The notes: generated by a model from the letters alone, not told the origin. Positions 11,290 through 23,556 are shown, numbered from the whole stretch's first letter. The stretch is 61,890 nucleotides of DNA, filler included, from Choristocarpus tenellus KU-1152 (GCA_964200185.2; 14 parts of 14 records of this genome joined end to end with filler, not necessarily neighbours in it), one strand, 5' to 3'. Program-made: numbers and translations.

Positions 11290-13110
11290 ACGCCCTACGT
11301 AAACATGTTGTTGCCATGTTGTTGCCAAGCTCGTTTGACCACGTAAGGGATAATTTTGGATCCTGACCTTACATAAAGATATTCGGAATTGGTATGAAAA
11401 TTGTCAGACGTGTCCAAGAAAGAAGACCTCCCACACTCCTGATTCACTACCCCTAAGGGACATATGCCTGTTGTTACACATCCGTTTCAACAACTCACTA
11501 TTGACCTTGTTCAATATAAGATCGCCTCAGATGGAGCAGAATATATGTTATCTGTCATAGACCATCTTATAAGATTCGCACTCTTGATTGGCGTTGAAAA
11601 TAACAAGAAAAAAACGTGTCTAAAACTCTTGTCGACCCCCTTTTTCCATTTGTGGGCCCCCTCAAACACTCCACTCTGACCAAGGTAAGGAATTTGAGAA
11701 AAAAATCCTTGCAAAGTTACGGAAAGTGTATGGTTACCACAAAACCAAGACCATGGCATATCGGCCCCAAGGCAATAGCATACACATGAAAGAACTCATT
11801 CCACAATGCATGGTATGCTGCCTGTATTCTGATATGGAACAACCTGACTGGGCATCCTCCTTGCCCTTTCTTTGCACAGCTAGCACAAAACACACCGTAC
11901 AATGTAACCCTGTTCTTTAAGAAACACCATTTTTTTCTCCTGTTTGTTAGTGTTACAGCGTGCCCCTGAAATCACCTCCACATGATATATAACTCAAATC
12001 CAACGGCCTTAAAACGACGCTATGGGGATGTTGCCCTTGGTAACAGTTTGTAGGGTGTCAGATAGCCTCTCTTGATATTCCACTCAGTGCTTAGCTCAAA
12101 GCTCGACTCAAAGTTTCGTTCAAGATTATAAAAAAAAACTGTCTTAAGGAGGTTAATGATTTTGACCAAAAGCCCTCGTATTATGTTCATCATCCACACA
12201 ATTTATCTGGTCTTCTATGCAACTGTTCTATACGTACTCCAATCATAAACCTTTATTCTGCAACTTTTAGGAACTTCGACGTTTTCTTCTGTACTGTTAC
12301 ATAATATGCATTACGAATCTTACTCTGTATCTTCTACGAAATCAGCATTTATTCTGTAAGGCTACCTATTATGTGATACTAATCTCGTATATTGTTCGCA
12401 CTAGTTAGAACGCGAGAAACAATGCTGCTCGCACAATTCACCTGTCACAAATGCTCGCGCTATTCGCCTCTAACAACAGTAGTAGTAGGTCCCAATTTTA
12501 CCAATTAATCTTATTATTCTGGTGGTTCCTCAGACTACTCCCATAATTGTACAAGAATACAATACGAGAAGAGTGGAAAATCGACACCTAGCACAAGAAC
12601 TTGCCTGACGAAATATTGGTGAGGTAGCATTGAGAAATTATTAATCTGACACTATAAAACACAAATTCCTAATCTATAAGGAGGGGATAAAGAAGTGTGA
12701 TTTCATAAATTACAATCTCCATGTAGGACATTATTAACGAAGGCATGGTAACACCCGTTGTATGTCACATGAAACGTTTGGAAGGTCGATGTGAAGTGTT
12801 TCATATGGCCCAACTAAAACTCATAAAGAAGGTGGAGCCACTGAGTCTGAAATTTATGCCCTTAATTCACTTAATAAGAAGGGGATTATTAGACGAGACA
12901 TCTCTTGATCAGGGGTCAAAGACACAGACATTTGTTGGGTCATACACTGTAGAGGGCATGGTTGACCGTGAGTGAAGTGTAGAAAGGAAGACCACTCGCA
13001 ATTACAAGTACCGGCTTTCGTATATACCGGCCAGTGGTGTGTGGTGTAAACCTGCTGATGAAGTAGCTAAATGTGCAAAAATGATCGCAACTTATTATAG
13101 GGAATACGAC
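11290..13110 (+). mobile_element. Ty3/gypsy integrase and chromo-like tail (decayed)
   Basis: ENCQTCPRKK (zinc finger), HPFQQLTIDLV, YMLSVIDHLIRF, TLHSDQGKEFE, TMAYRPQGNS, and C-terminal SYTVEGMVDRE (chromo-like). Interrupted at 11951-12478. Faint RT/RNase H traces upstream (YTFPMPRI at about 10680). Confidence 0.85.
11951..12478 (-). mobile_element. Putative solo LTR inserted in the gypsy integrase
   Basis: TGTT...AACA ends. The right end (CTCGCGCTATTCGCCTCTAACA) recurs at about 22395-22457 and inverted at 13234-13295. No clean TSD. Confidence 0.45.
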
Positions 13111-13233
13111 AAGTTGGACATCCCAAAAGTTAGAGTCATCAACCAAGTGACTAGTCAAGAAAAAAAATCCTGCCGTTAAAACAGCCAAAGAAACTGATTA
13201 CCGCCAACTGGACGTCCACCAACAAGCAACTCT

Positions 13234-13295
13234 GTTACAGGCGAGTAGCGCGAGTATTTCTTCTCGCGCTTTGACTGGCGCGAGCAGTATACGCG
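13234..13295 (+). mobile_element. LTR-like terminus, truncated by contig end
   Basis: TGTTACAGGCGAGTAGCGCGAG is a reverse-complement match to 12385-12475 and 22395-22457. Confidence 0.5.
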
Positions 13296-13395
13296 NNNNN
13301 NNNNNNNNNNNNNNNNNNNNNNNNNNNNNNNNNNNNNNNTTAATTAATTAANNNNNNNNNNNNNNNNNNNNNNNNNNNNNNNNNNNNNNNNNNNN

Positions 13396-13440
13396 CCCCA
13401 GATACTTTGAGCCTGAGTCAAAGTTTCCTAGAGAGGGTAT
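13396..13440. mobile_element. MITE B right end abutting another A-like TIR
   Basis: CCCCAGATACTTTGAGCC, one base, then GAGTCAAAGTTTCCTAGAGAGGGTA. Confidence 0.65.
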
Positions 13441-13610
13441 GGCTAAATCACCCCCGAAAAAAAAAAACACGTCATTTTGTTCCAGTACAACGTATTGAGT
13501 ACTCCAAAGGAAAGTTGTGGATGGACAACCACACCTGCATCTTCTCCAATAATCAACTTTGCAGCAGAAATTGTCCCTGGAACAATGCCATGACAGGATG
13601 ACTCACAAAC

Positions 13611-15017
13611 GTGTCACGGAGCCAAATGCTACTCCATTTCCTCCCTCAAAGAGTTCGACCTTTGTACAATAGTCAAGAACACCTCATCAGTAAATCACCC
13701 TACTGGCAGGAGAGTTTCTTGGAGAGGCACGAAAGGGAAACGCCAAGTCAACTTGTGGAGGTGATGGAGGGTTTTTGTATGGATGTACAAGTGGACAAAA
13801 CCATAGATAGCATGGAAATGGAGATGATAATCAATGAAAAGGACAAAGTTTCCCCACGAGAGAGTAGGCGTGGCAAAGAAGAGAGCTTCGACCAACTCCA
13901 AAGAGAAAAATTTAGAGGTGGCACAAGAGAAGGATCTGGAGGCCAAAACCTGTCGAACACGCTCAAACTCGACAAGTTTGGTGGGAGTGATGAAAACCAT
14001 AGAAACAAAACAGGGACTGAAGAGGCAAAGGAGAACTTCAAGATGAACAAGTATCGAAATGTGCAGCGGGCACGGCAACAGCAGTGGGGGGGAAATAAGT
14101 CTGGGGGGGGCTTAGTAGAGAGTGAGACAAAAGTTATTGCTGAGATTGGGAGCGGCATGGCAGGAAGGCTAGAGGGGGCCACAACTGGAGAGGGCAAGAG
14201 TCTGAGCCCCGCACAAAGTCAAAGAAAAAGACAGGCAGAAAGAAGTGAGGGCAAAAAGGAGGGGGAGAGAGTCAATAGGAGGTTTGGGACAGGATGTGAG
14301 ATTGGCTCCTTTTCTCAATATTTTCAGAGCGGGAAAGGGAGTGGAGTCGGAGTCAGGTCAGGAGAGAGCCTTGACCTGATGCAGGAAATGTTTTCCTCAG
14401 GGAAGGAGACAACCCCCACGTTTGCAGCACCAACGGTAGTCAGTCAAAGGGTAGACAAAGTGAGACCAGAACTTCTAGAAGGGTGTGAGATGGAAGTGGG
14501 AGGAGCAAAGCCAAATAATGTGAAGGTTTTAGCCCCCTTCCCTGGTGCACAGAAAAAAGAAGGCAGAGATGCAAGTTTCTTTGTCCCTGAGGACATGTTC
14601 GTTCGTCTTTTGGATGTTGGGGGCACATCTCATGGTTCTTTAGGGTTAAGCGAGAAAACGAGTCAACCCCGCACCTGTCTCCACCAGCGCAGCTGGAGAC
14701 CTTCCCTTTTCCAGATGTATTGGGGATGTAGAATGCATTGTCCTGAGTCTGAGTCGCAGGCTGTGTCTGGGTCAGGCTTTGAGGGGTTGGTGGAGGTAGC
14801 AGTAGGGGATGAGGAAGAGCATGAGACCAGGGAGTGGGGGGGGGTGTCTGGAGGACAGGGGGTACCCAGCATGGGCGCTTTCCCATTTGAAACCCCGTCA
14901 CTTCTGGGTATATTGGAACTAAGGACCACTTCCAGCAGGGGTTCACAGTATACACAAATATGCAGAATGAACCGGGAGGGAGATGAGGAGGTTCACCCGG
15001 CCCTGGCCATACCGTGA
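13611..15017 (+). CDS. Hypothetical protein or large exon, E/G/S/K-rich, no recognisable domain
   Basis: Longest open frame in the window (468 codons), purine-rich. Start is uncertain and no motif was recognised. Confidence 0.35.
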   Translation: MSRSQMLLHFLPQRVRPLYNSQEHLISKSPYWQESFLERHERETPSQLVEVMEGFCMDVQVDKTIDSMEMEMIINEKDKVSPRESRRGKEESFDQLQREKFRGGTREGSGGQNLSNTLKLDKFGGSDENHRNKTGTEEAKENFKMNKYRNVQRARQQQWGGNKSGGGLVESETKVIAEIGSGMAGRLEGATTGEGKSLSPAQSQRKRQAERSEGKKEGERVNRRFGTGCEIGSFSQYFQSGKGSGVGVRSGESLDLMQEMFSSGKETTPTFAAPTVVSQRVDKVRPELLEGCEMEVGGAKPNNVKVLAPFPGAQKKEGRDASFFVPEDMFVRLLDVGGTSHGSLGLSEKTSQPRTCLHQRSWRPSLFQMYWGCRMHCPESESQAVSGSGFEGLVEVAVGDEEEHETREWGGVSGGQGVPSMGAFPFETPSLLGILELRTTSSRGSQYTQICRMNREGDEEVHPALAIP

Positions 15018-15973
15018 GTGTATTGAAACATATGGAGGCGGGCAGTGAGATGATCAAGTGAGCAGAGAGGGTAGGTAGCATTCTTGCCATCACCGTGGAC
15101 TTTTGGCAGTATTTTGTGTTCCACGGGATTGAAATCTTTTTCCGATCAATTTATTTATACAACACTATCTTGACCGCACAGGCTAGTAAACCACATCTCT
15201 TTCACCTTGGAATATAGCTCTGGAACTTGAATATATGGGTTTAATTCTGAAGGAAGCAGGAGCAAACCAGTACAGCATGATGAGGAGATTGATAATTATT
15301 GCAAAGTGAAGCGGAGCTTCAATATTATATGCCACATGCCTTCAACGCGTTGTGGCATGGGTGATTTATGGGCGGTGCATAGGTATGCACTCACTCTGTT
15401 CCCAAGATAACACTCCATGTTTTCGTTGTTCTACTCATGTATTTCCACCAGTTGGTGGCGGAGTAATGTGTCCTTTGTGAATACATAACCCAGTGGACAT
15501 TTTGCTCTGCAGAGTTTACCTTCTTCTGCCTCAACATCCCTGACAGGGGAGAGTCTTGAAGTAGTTGCATTGTTGATGGGAGCTCAGATTTCGAGGCTGG
15601 TGTAAGGGCTGGCACTGGTCTAGGGCTGGACTTCAGGATTTCTGCTATTTTAACTAGTTGTTTTTTTTGAGTGCTCACTTCCAAGTCTAAGATCCTCAAG
15701 GTAGAAGCTATATTATCCCATAATCATATTTTTCTTCAGTCCTCACCACAACAGCAAGGATGCTATTTGTGTCAATTATCCCCTCACATGTACCCTCCCG
15801 ACCTTTCCCTTGACTCTCCTTGTGCTCCTGATTGTTGTTCCTTCCTGTTGACTCCCTGGCAGGAACAGTAACCATCAAATGCAGCTCCTAGGAATGCGCT
15901 TGAAGCAGCTGGTTCAGCTTGAAGTGAGATGAGAAAGCGTTTTTATTGCCCCTTCAACACCCCTATCCATTCC

Positions 15974-16028
15974 GAGTCAAAGTATCTTAGAGGGTAGAGC
16001 CACGTCCATTTGGGGGCCAAATTCCAAT
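15974..16028 (-). mobile_element. MITE family A (truncated by contig end)
   Basis: GAGTCAAAGTATCTTAGAGGGTAGAGCCACGTCCATTTGGGG. Confidence 0.88.
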
Positions 16029-16549
16029 NNNNNNNNNNNNNNNNNNNNNNNNNNNNNNNNNNNNNNNNNNNNTTAATTAATTAANNNNNNNNNNNNNNNN
16101 NNNNNNNNNNNNNNNNNNNNNNNNNNNNCTGTTGCCCCCGTCCAGACAGCAAGTTCTTCAGGTCAGTCTCCGTACTATCAAGGCTCATAACCTGTGCAAA
16201 TTACCTTGGGAGGTAATGCTATTTGTCAGTAGTGAAGATAAGAAGGTGTGAAGCCTTACACGACCCCTTTCGCTGAACGTGAAAAGAATGGATGGTTGAA
16301 ATTAGAAGAGTGACCTCTTTGTGTGGTGTCTTCTCATTGTTTATTTATTAGTATTTGTGCTCTCGCTATCTATTTCAAAGTAGCGAAAGGAAACAAATAA
16401 TAAACATATTCCATATATAATCCGGATGTACTATCTCATTAGTTACATAACATGGATTCAGTTCAACACAATAATCTCATATACACAAAATAAGGTATAC
16501 TTCACTATTCCTATTTTGCTCAGGTATTTGGTGATGGTCTCTTGTATGC

Positions 16550-17215
16550 TCTGATCATCCATTCAAAGGTACAGTCCCCTGCCCCTGACTCTTGAGTAAA
16601 GTGTCCCTTCCCCGTTCAAATCCGGCACAACCCTCAGTGACGGTTCCAGGAGGATGTATGTCTAGGTATCCTTCTCCTCCTCCCTACGGTTCACCTTGTT
16701 ATTCATTTGCACGCGGTGTTGGTTGGCACACTGGGCTGCAGACTCATCGCAGTCCCTCTTCTCCCTCTCCCGTAGTTGTTCAACCCCCTCCTCGATCTCA
16801 TCCTCTGTCATGAACGACCTCAGCCCAGCCGGCAAGGAGGCCTCAACATGCTCACCTTGGTAACACACAGAGTAAATACATGCCCCATAATCGTCTATGT
16901 CAACGTCGCAGACCTCCCCCTAGATGATAGCATCCCCTCTCTCGCATAGGATGAAAGTGGTGCCTCCGCCAAACTTGGCATTTTGGATGTGTCTCCATGT
17001 TTGCTTCGTCTTGAGAAGCGAACGGGTATCCCGCCGAGGGATTGCTGATTGGATTCCGCAGTGAATCTCTGATATTGACTAGGCAGGATGGTGTATGTAT
17101 CATCGAGGATATTATGACAAAGGTGTGTAAAGTCAGGGTCGAGGATAGCCTGAAGGGGGACGACACAGGACCCAGTTGAGAGTCCTGCAGAGCAACCGCG
17201 AATTTTTGTGTTAAT
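16550..17215 (-). pseudogene. Unknown multicopy protein, copy 2
   Basis: VVPLQAILDPDF..DDTYTILPSQYQRFTAESNQQSLGG; LPAGLRSFMTEDEIEEGVEQLRE; RGRGLYL. Homologous to 2990-3757. Confidence 0.6.
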
Positions 17216-17276
17216 TGGGTTAAGGAAGCGGAGGCAATCGTGAAGACCATCGTGTGAGACAGCAGTGTTTGTAGTG

Positions 17277-17467
17277 GGGTAAAAAGGATCTGGAGGGGGC
17301 GGTGGTTTGTGAGGGGGCATCCGTTTCGGTCAAACAACTCTTTTTTTGCTGACGTTAAAATGTTTCAAATCCAACACGTGCGACCAAATCACACCAAAAA
17401 GTGAAAATCGAAATAAGGGTGAAAAAACGGACGCCGACACCCCCCCCCCCCTCAGATACTTTGACCC
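17277..17467. mobile_element. MITE family B
   Basis: GGGTAAAAAGGATCTGGAGGGG...CCCTCAGATACTTTGACCC. TSD AGTG. Confidence 0.85.
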
Positions 17468-17595
17468 AGTGGAGAGGTGTTAGGACAACACGTCCAAGAA
17501 ATTGATTAATCAAAACGACAACAATTGATATATGCTTAAGATGCAAAAATACATGTGTCCATGTTGCAACCCTCTTCCCTTACTCCACCCCATCT

Positions 17596-18600
17596 CAAAA
17601 TTGTGCCGCCCTGCAAAAGGATGTGCAACCACATCTCCGTGTCGTCCCTCTCCATGCGATAATCATCCCTGACTTCGTCCAGCTTCCTTACAATGACGTC
17701 GACAACACCTACACCATCTTCCCAGGACAGTGCCAGAGGTTTGCCAGAGAGTCAAACTGGCAGACCCTGGGAGGATCTGCCATTGTCTTGTCCAAACAAT
17801 GAACCCGCAGGGCATATCTCACGCTCAGTTTTGGCGAGGGACAGAATTCATACAGCTTGACAGTTCGGGTACTGTCACCAGGGGGAGAATTTACAGTGTG
17901 AATATCGAAGATGAAGGACTGGTTGTACTCCGTGGGTTATGAGGTCAAACATGGCGACCAGTCCTTGCCCTAAGGGGTACAGCCGTACATGCTGGAGAGG
18001 AAGAGATTGAGGAGGGCTTCGAACTGTTGCGGGAGAAGGGGAACAGGGAGTGCAATACACCCCAAACTCAACGCAAGGAAGTGGTAGGAATGGTGACGTA
18101 GGTGGAAGGAGAATGAGAGGAAAATGGGGAAGTACATCCTTCAAGAACCTAGGATGTGCCTGTGTTGGAAGGGACTACCCTTCTTTGCAGTGCTGAGGGC
18201 AGGGGATTGAACTTCCGGTCTGACAGGTGAGTGAAAGTATCTTAGAGGGTACGAGTTTTGCCCTGTTTGTCCTTTTGGGGCTTGGCTTCCCATGGGTTAT
18301 TTTATGACATTTTACTTCTCCAAAATGTTTCGGAGTAGGTAAAATGTATACGTCATGAAAAGGTATGTCCAGAACATGGATATTGACACTTCCTAACAAA
18401 CACAATAGCCAATATTACATCAAAATCGCAACATTGGATTTTGGGCCCCAAATGGACGCGGCTTTACCCTCTAAGATAATTTAGCTCAGGTTGTGGATGA
18501 GAGGCACTGTGGCAAGACATCAACACAGATACATGGTTGACCATGGACAGGGGCCAATCAATTACCCTTACGAGGTCAGATGGGATGGCAGCCAGGTGCG
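17596..18600 (+). pseudogene. Unknown multicopy protein, copy 3 (split by MITE A)
   Basis: RVVPLHAIIIPDF..DNTYTIFPGQCQRFARESNWQTLGG; EEIEEG. Resumes after the MITE as WMRGTVAR..YPYEVRWDG. Confidence 0.6.
18229..18487 (+). mobile_element. MITE family A
   Basis: Both TIRs present. TSD AGGT. Confidence 0.95.
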
Positions 18601-18865
18601 GAATGTTCCAGCTGTTGGCAGAAAGCTATGGCATCTGCCAAGGAGCAACTCATGGAAGCTGGTTCTGGACAGTAAGGAAAATGCCAGATTAGCCGAGGGA
18701 GGAAGGTTCTTTCTACAATGTGAAGTCCAACATGTGTTGGTCTTCAGTCCATTTTTAGATCCCTTGTAATTTTTTGTAAATATTTCCCTCTTTTGTGCCG
18801 AACGAGGTTGGACATGATGATGTGAAGGGCGTATATTTCTTCAAGATGTTTACAGATAACATTGA

Positions 18866-19119
18866 GAGTGAAAGTATCTTAGAGGGTACGATTTTTGCCC
18901 TGTTAGTCCATTTGGGGCTCGACTTCCCATGGTTTTTTCATGACATTTTACCTACTCCGAAATATTTTGGAGTGGGTAAAATGTGTACGTAATGAAAAAG
19001 TGTGTCCAGAACATGGATATTGACACTTCCTAACACAACAGTCAAAATTATATCAAAATCGCAACATCGGATTTTGACCCCAAATGGACACGGCTCTACC
19101 CTCTAAGATACTTTAGCTC
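18866..19119 (+). mobile_element. MITE family A
   Basis: Both TIRs present. 3-bp TSD TGA. Confidence 0.95.
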
Positions 19120-19239
19120 TGATTGCATCCTGGTATTGTGTATTGACATCAGAGTTACATTGTTGTGTGTGTCTCTCGAATTTTACTCCATTGTTGACCT
19201 TGATTTTCAATTAGAATTGAGGCAGTGTGTATTATATTC

Positions 19240-19436
19240 CTCCCGATGCTTCTAGTCTTGTAGGAAGAGAGTCTTCCTCTACACCAAAGTTTTGAGAGTT
19301 TCTGTCCTGATCTTGTATCTGTTAACCTGGGCTGAGGACAGGTTAGTTTAGTATGTTATGGTAGATCAAGACAGAAACGCTCAGAGCTTTGGGGCACCAG
19401 AGGACACTCTTCCCAAAACATCAGGACCATCGAGAG
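19240..19436. repeat. Imperfect inverted repeat (foldback, about 200 bp)
   Basis: GGAAGAGAGTC..CCAAAGTTTTGAGAGTTTCTGTCCTGATCT pairs with AGATCAAGACAGAAACGCTCAGAGCTTTGG..GACACTCTTCC. Confidence 0.7.
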
Positions 19437-19725
19437 AAACAAAAATGGCACCAGGATCGGTTTCTGTACATTGCGACACTTTCAAAAATGCCAAGGGGTG
19501 AAAACTTCAAATTTTAGACCACCACCCACAATTACTCCATTAATTGAACTAGAAAAAATCGACAACCTAATTTCTTCTACATGTTACCAACTCCTGAAGA
19601 AGAGAGAAAAATGATAAAATCGCTTCAACATCGAAATTCGCGTACATTTTACTCCGTTCGAAACAATGAAAACCGGAAAAATTACATTAAAATGTCGTGG
19701 ATCGCCAACTTTTTCAGACTCCAAA

Positions 19726-19768
19726 CGGACAAACAGGGCAAAACTCGTACCCTCTGAGATACTCTCAC
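19726..19768 (-). mobile_element. Isolated family A left TIR with a different interior
   Basis: CGGACAAACAGGGCAAAACTCGTACCCTCTGAGATACTCTCAC is the reverse complement of the A left end. Confidence 0.65.
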
Positions 19769-22468
19769 GTGGAACCCCCGTCTTTGGGAATCCCAATATA
19801 TTTTCACATTTTCGCACGGATTTTTTAAACTTATTCTATCTCTAACCCTAGCAACACTAACTTTTTCTTGTGAGTGAAAAATATCCCTAATCAACAAAGG
19901 AAATATTCAAGAAGTATGGAGGAGCAGCATGGTGTACACCAGGGAACCACAACCTCTAAGATCCACCACTTGTTACTTTTTCACACTGAGTTTCAAGAAT
20001 TAGACCCTAACCCCAACCCCAAAGTCTAACCTTCAATCTGTTTGTGGAAAATAATGCTAAGCTTCTAAAACGTATGACAGTGGGGGTTCCCAAAGGACGG
20101 ACGGGTTCCTGAAGACAGGGTCAACATATGGAAGCCTGCTGAGTTGATACCCTTACGAATCCTTCAGTCTTTGAACTCGGAGCCATTATCCGATTACCAT
20201 ATGGCCTTGATATCTTTTCTCTCCTGGTCACACCTCGCCATGTATTTGTTAAGCTCCCTGATCATAGGGGGGAAGTTCTTTCACGGATATAGAGGATCGA
20301 GTGGAGGTGTTTGAAGGGAGAGGGCAGGAGAACTTGCGAATTGTTTGTGACATGTCTAATTCGTGCACCTTTCAGGCTGTTCAGACCGCCCATTATCATC
20401 ACCTCAGAATGCTCTTGGTAGTATCTTTTGAAGTAGACATTGTTAAGACAAAGGCTACTTGTCTGTTTGTTCGTTGATAGGATACAGTTCCACCAGTCAG
20501 CACTGACTGTTGATTGGTCTGTTGCGCTCTGGACGTTGCTGTCACAAGTTCATCATCACCACATCAATTACCATCAGAACACCGTAGTACAGAACAGTCC
20601 CTCTGCGTTCCACACGCAAGAATAGCGTGGGTTACTTGAGCTGCATTACACATTAGTTCAAGTCTGTTCTGTTGTTCCCTTGTTTCACTCTTTCTTCCTC
20701 TTATCAGCAGAAGATGACAGTTGTACGTTGATTGTTGATTATTATATCTTTCGTAACTGCTATTAATCTCTCACAATGCACCAAGCTCACTCTGCAATAA
20801 GTGTACCAAAGGCACACATGGATGTAATATAGTCAGAGTTTAAACCATCAGCGGAAACCCTTGCCAGCCAAGGTAACAAAGTCTCTTCACAGATCATGGA
20901 CTTCTTTCGTTGAGTATCTCATGAAGGAACACTGAATTCACATCACATCATTCAGGATTGAGCAACCAAGAATACTGAATTCACATGGCATCATTCTTGA
21001 CTGAGACATCAAGGACCCCAGTTACAACAGAATAAATACATCGGTGCTTTGCAGCACAATCACATTAATCCATAACATAGACTACGCATATCACTCATCA
21101 GTGCTTTGCAACACCATGATTCCTCCATGATTTCTCAATGCTCGTAGTCTACGCATTTTGGTTACATGTAAGATGCAGTCGATTCAGGTTTAAACAGAAA
21201 TCCCCATCCAAACCATTGCTCGTCAGGTCATCCACTAACTCATAATGTCATCATCATCCACAATCACTTGTTAAATGAACTTCGCTCCTAATACCATTGT
21301 CTTGTTGCATACAAATCCGCCCCTGATGAAGTCTGTAAAGCGATCAACACACATGAACAATATAGCCTTTCCTTTGTGTCTTTGCATTGATTAGGATTCA
21401 TTCAGTGTACCTAGTTGAAAATGATGGACTTGGAGGGCACACTCTTCAGAAGGGTTGGTTGACGCATTCAATATATTACTCGCTTATCCTGTTGCGAGGT
21501 GTTGGATATGCTTAGTCTTCACAAAGTAGGATCTTTGGATGTAGGACAAGGGACTTCAAGCATACCGCAATGATGCTGATCATAGTTATATTTCTGTGTT
21601 GTCTCTGTTGTTTAGTTGGAGGACTCAAGGAGCTATATATGATTCCTTTGCATGGAAAACTAAGCTCACAGACTGCAGAGAGGACAGGACCGCTGGCTCT
21701 ACCAATAGGAGTAAAGGTGAAACATCCTCACAGTACACGTCATTTTCATGGGTCCACGAGTAAGAGGCAAAGTCTGTGAATGCTAGTGCCAAAGCCATAA
21801 TCTGGAATACAACGATCACCAAGTCATACATTCCTGTGCAGAACGATCTTAGAACCATGGAAAGACGCTTGCCACGGAAAGTCTTTCCACATGCACAAAA
21901 TAACACAACCTGCTCACGTGTTTCCTGAAGGGCTCCAATTCTTACTGTATCTGCCATTCAAACGAAGGTGTTGCTTCGCTCAAAGAAGGTAGTCAAGGGA
22001 TTTGTCTGCACTAAAAGCCAAGCCGGTGTCCTCAGGGCATGGACGGTTACAGTGCACTCCAAAGCTTACCTCCATGGGATGTGTATAGGTCCAATCCACA
22101 GGCCTATAGACGGCACTGATGCCTGTACAGGACTCCTTGGATACTCCGACAGTCCAAAGGTCCAAAGATAATGGTGAATGTGAGGTCAGCAGACGAAGGT
22201 ATACTCTGAATCAATAGGAAATTATGCCAAATAAATAACAGAGTGGGAGCTGGATTACTCTCATCCACCATCTATTTATTCGAGTTTACAGACGCTGTAA
22301 TACATCTGAGAACCGTTGCATTTTTTCTTAAGTTACGGATCTTACCCTGCAACTTTTAGCACATTGGAGTTCCCTTTTGGGGGTTCCACATACACGTACA
22401 CACTGCTCACGCTGGTTAGAGTACAGGAATAAACACTTGCGCTATTCGCCTGAAACAACTGTTATTCT

Positions 22469-22624
22469 GAGTGAAAGTATCTTAGAGGGTACGAGTTTTG
22501 CCGTGTTTGTCCATTTGGGGCTTGGCTTCCCACGGGTTTTTAATGACATTTTACCTACTCCAAAATGTTTAAGAGTAGGTAGAATGCATACGTTACGAAA
22601 AGGTGTGTCCACAACAAGGATACT
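22469..22624 (+). mobile_element. MITE family A interrupted by MITE B
   Basis: Left TIR and interior, then GGGTCAAAGTATCTGGGGGG at 22625 up to the contig end. Confidence 0.9.
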
Positions 22625-22644
22625 GGGTCAAAGTATCTGGGGGG
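22625..22644. mobile_element. MITE family B left end (nested in A, truncated)
   Basis: GGGTCAAAGTATCTGGGGGG. Confidence 0.8.
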
Positions 22645-22993
22645 NNNNNNNNNNNNNNNNNNNNNNNNNNNNNNNNNNNNNNNNNNNNTTAATTAATTAA
22701 NNNNNNNNNNNNNNNNNNNNNNNNNNNNNNNNNNNNNNNNNNNNTCACCTTCCTTACCATCATCCTCCACATGCAGAAGGGCATCTCCTGTAGATGGGTT
22801 GACGTCATACTGCTACCCATCTCCGCCATCTTCAGAGAACCTGGGTACAGTCATGGCTTATTATGCAGTCCTATATATATTTATGGTGGCTTGTGTGGTT
22901 ATTTATGTACCTGTGTCCTTCTCTAAACATTCCAGAGAAGAAAAACAAACGAAAATCGGTCGCAAGAGTTTTGTTTTGATTAAACATCACCAA

Positions 22994-23251
22994 GATCCAA
23001 AGCATAGGGTAGGAGTATGCCCTGTTTGTCCGTTCGGGCCTTGGCCTTCCCACGTTTTTTTTATCCCCTTTTTCGGTTTTCTGTGTGATCACATTTATCT
23101 ATAATGTATAAACCTGTAAAAAGGTGTGTCTGGAGCAAGGTTATTGTCACTTGCTAACAAACACGATAGCCAAAATACATCAAAGTCGCAACATAGGATT
23201 TATGACCCTGAAAGGACGCGGTCCTACCTACCCTCTTAAATACTTTCACTC
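22994..23251 (+). mobile_element. MITE family A, diverged subfamily
   Basis: Interior homologous (GCCCTGTTTGTCC, AACAAACACGATAGCCAAAAT). Right end TACCCTCTTAAATACTTTCACTC. TSD CAA. Confidence 0.8.
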
Positions 23252-23556
23252 CAAAATTTATTCGGATTGGATCATTTCAATCCCTACGACCCATAACTCA
23301 AACATTTTCAAGGGTGCAAGACATAAGGTTTGAGCACACCTCCCATAGACAAATATTTTCAGATCTGAAAGACCTATGTACTTCAGATCTTCAGGATTGA
23401 GAAAAGAGAGAACGATACGGGGATGTTTGTTGACACGGCAGGGGGAAGGACGGCATCAAATGATCAGGACTACAAATGAACGCCATCCATGGCCTTTGGA
23501 TTCTGCTGTCCTTACAACCATCATAGCATCTTCAAAGCCTCCATTACAATGAGTTG

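Noticed and set aside
20800-21500. Copia integrase remnant (ILFMCVDRFTDF, minus strand)
   Set aside because: Only a single weak motif; the other catalytic residues could not be recovered.
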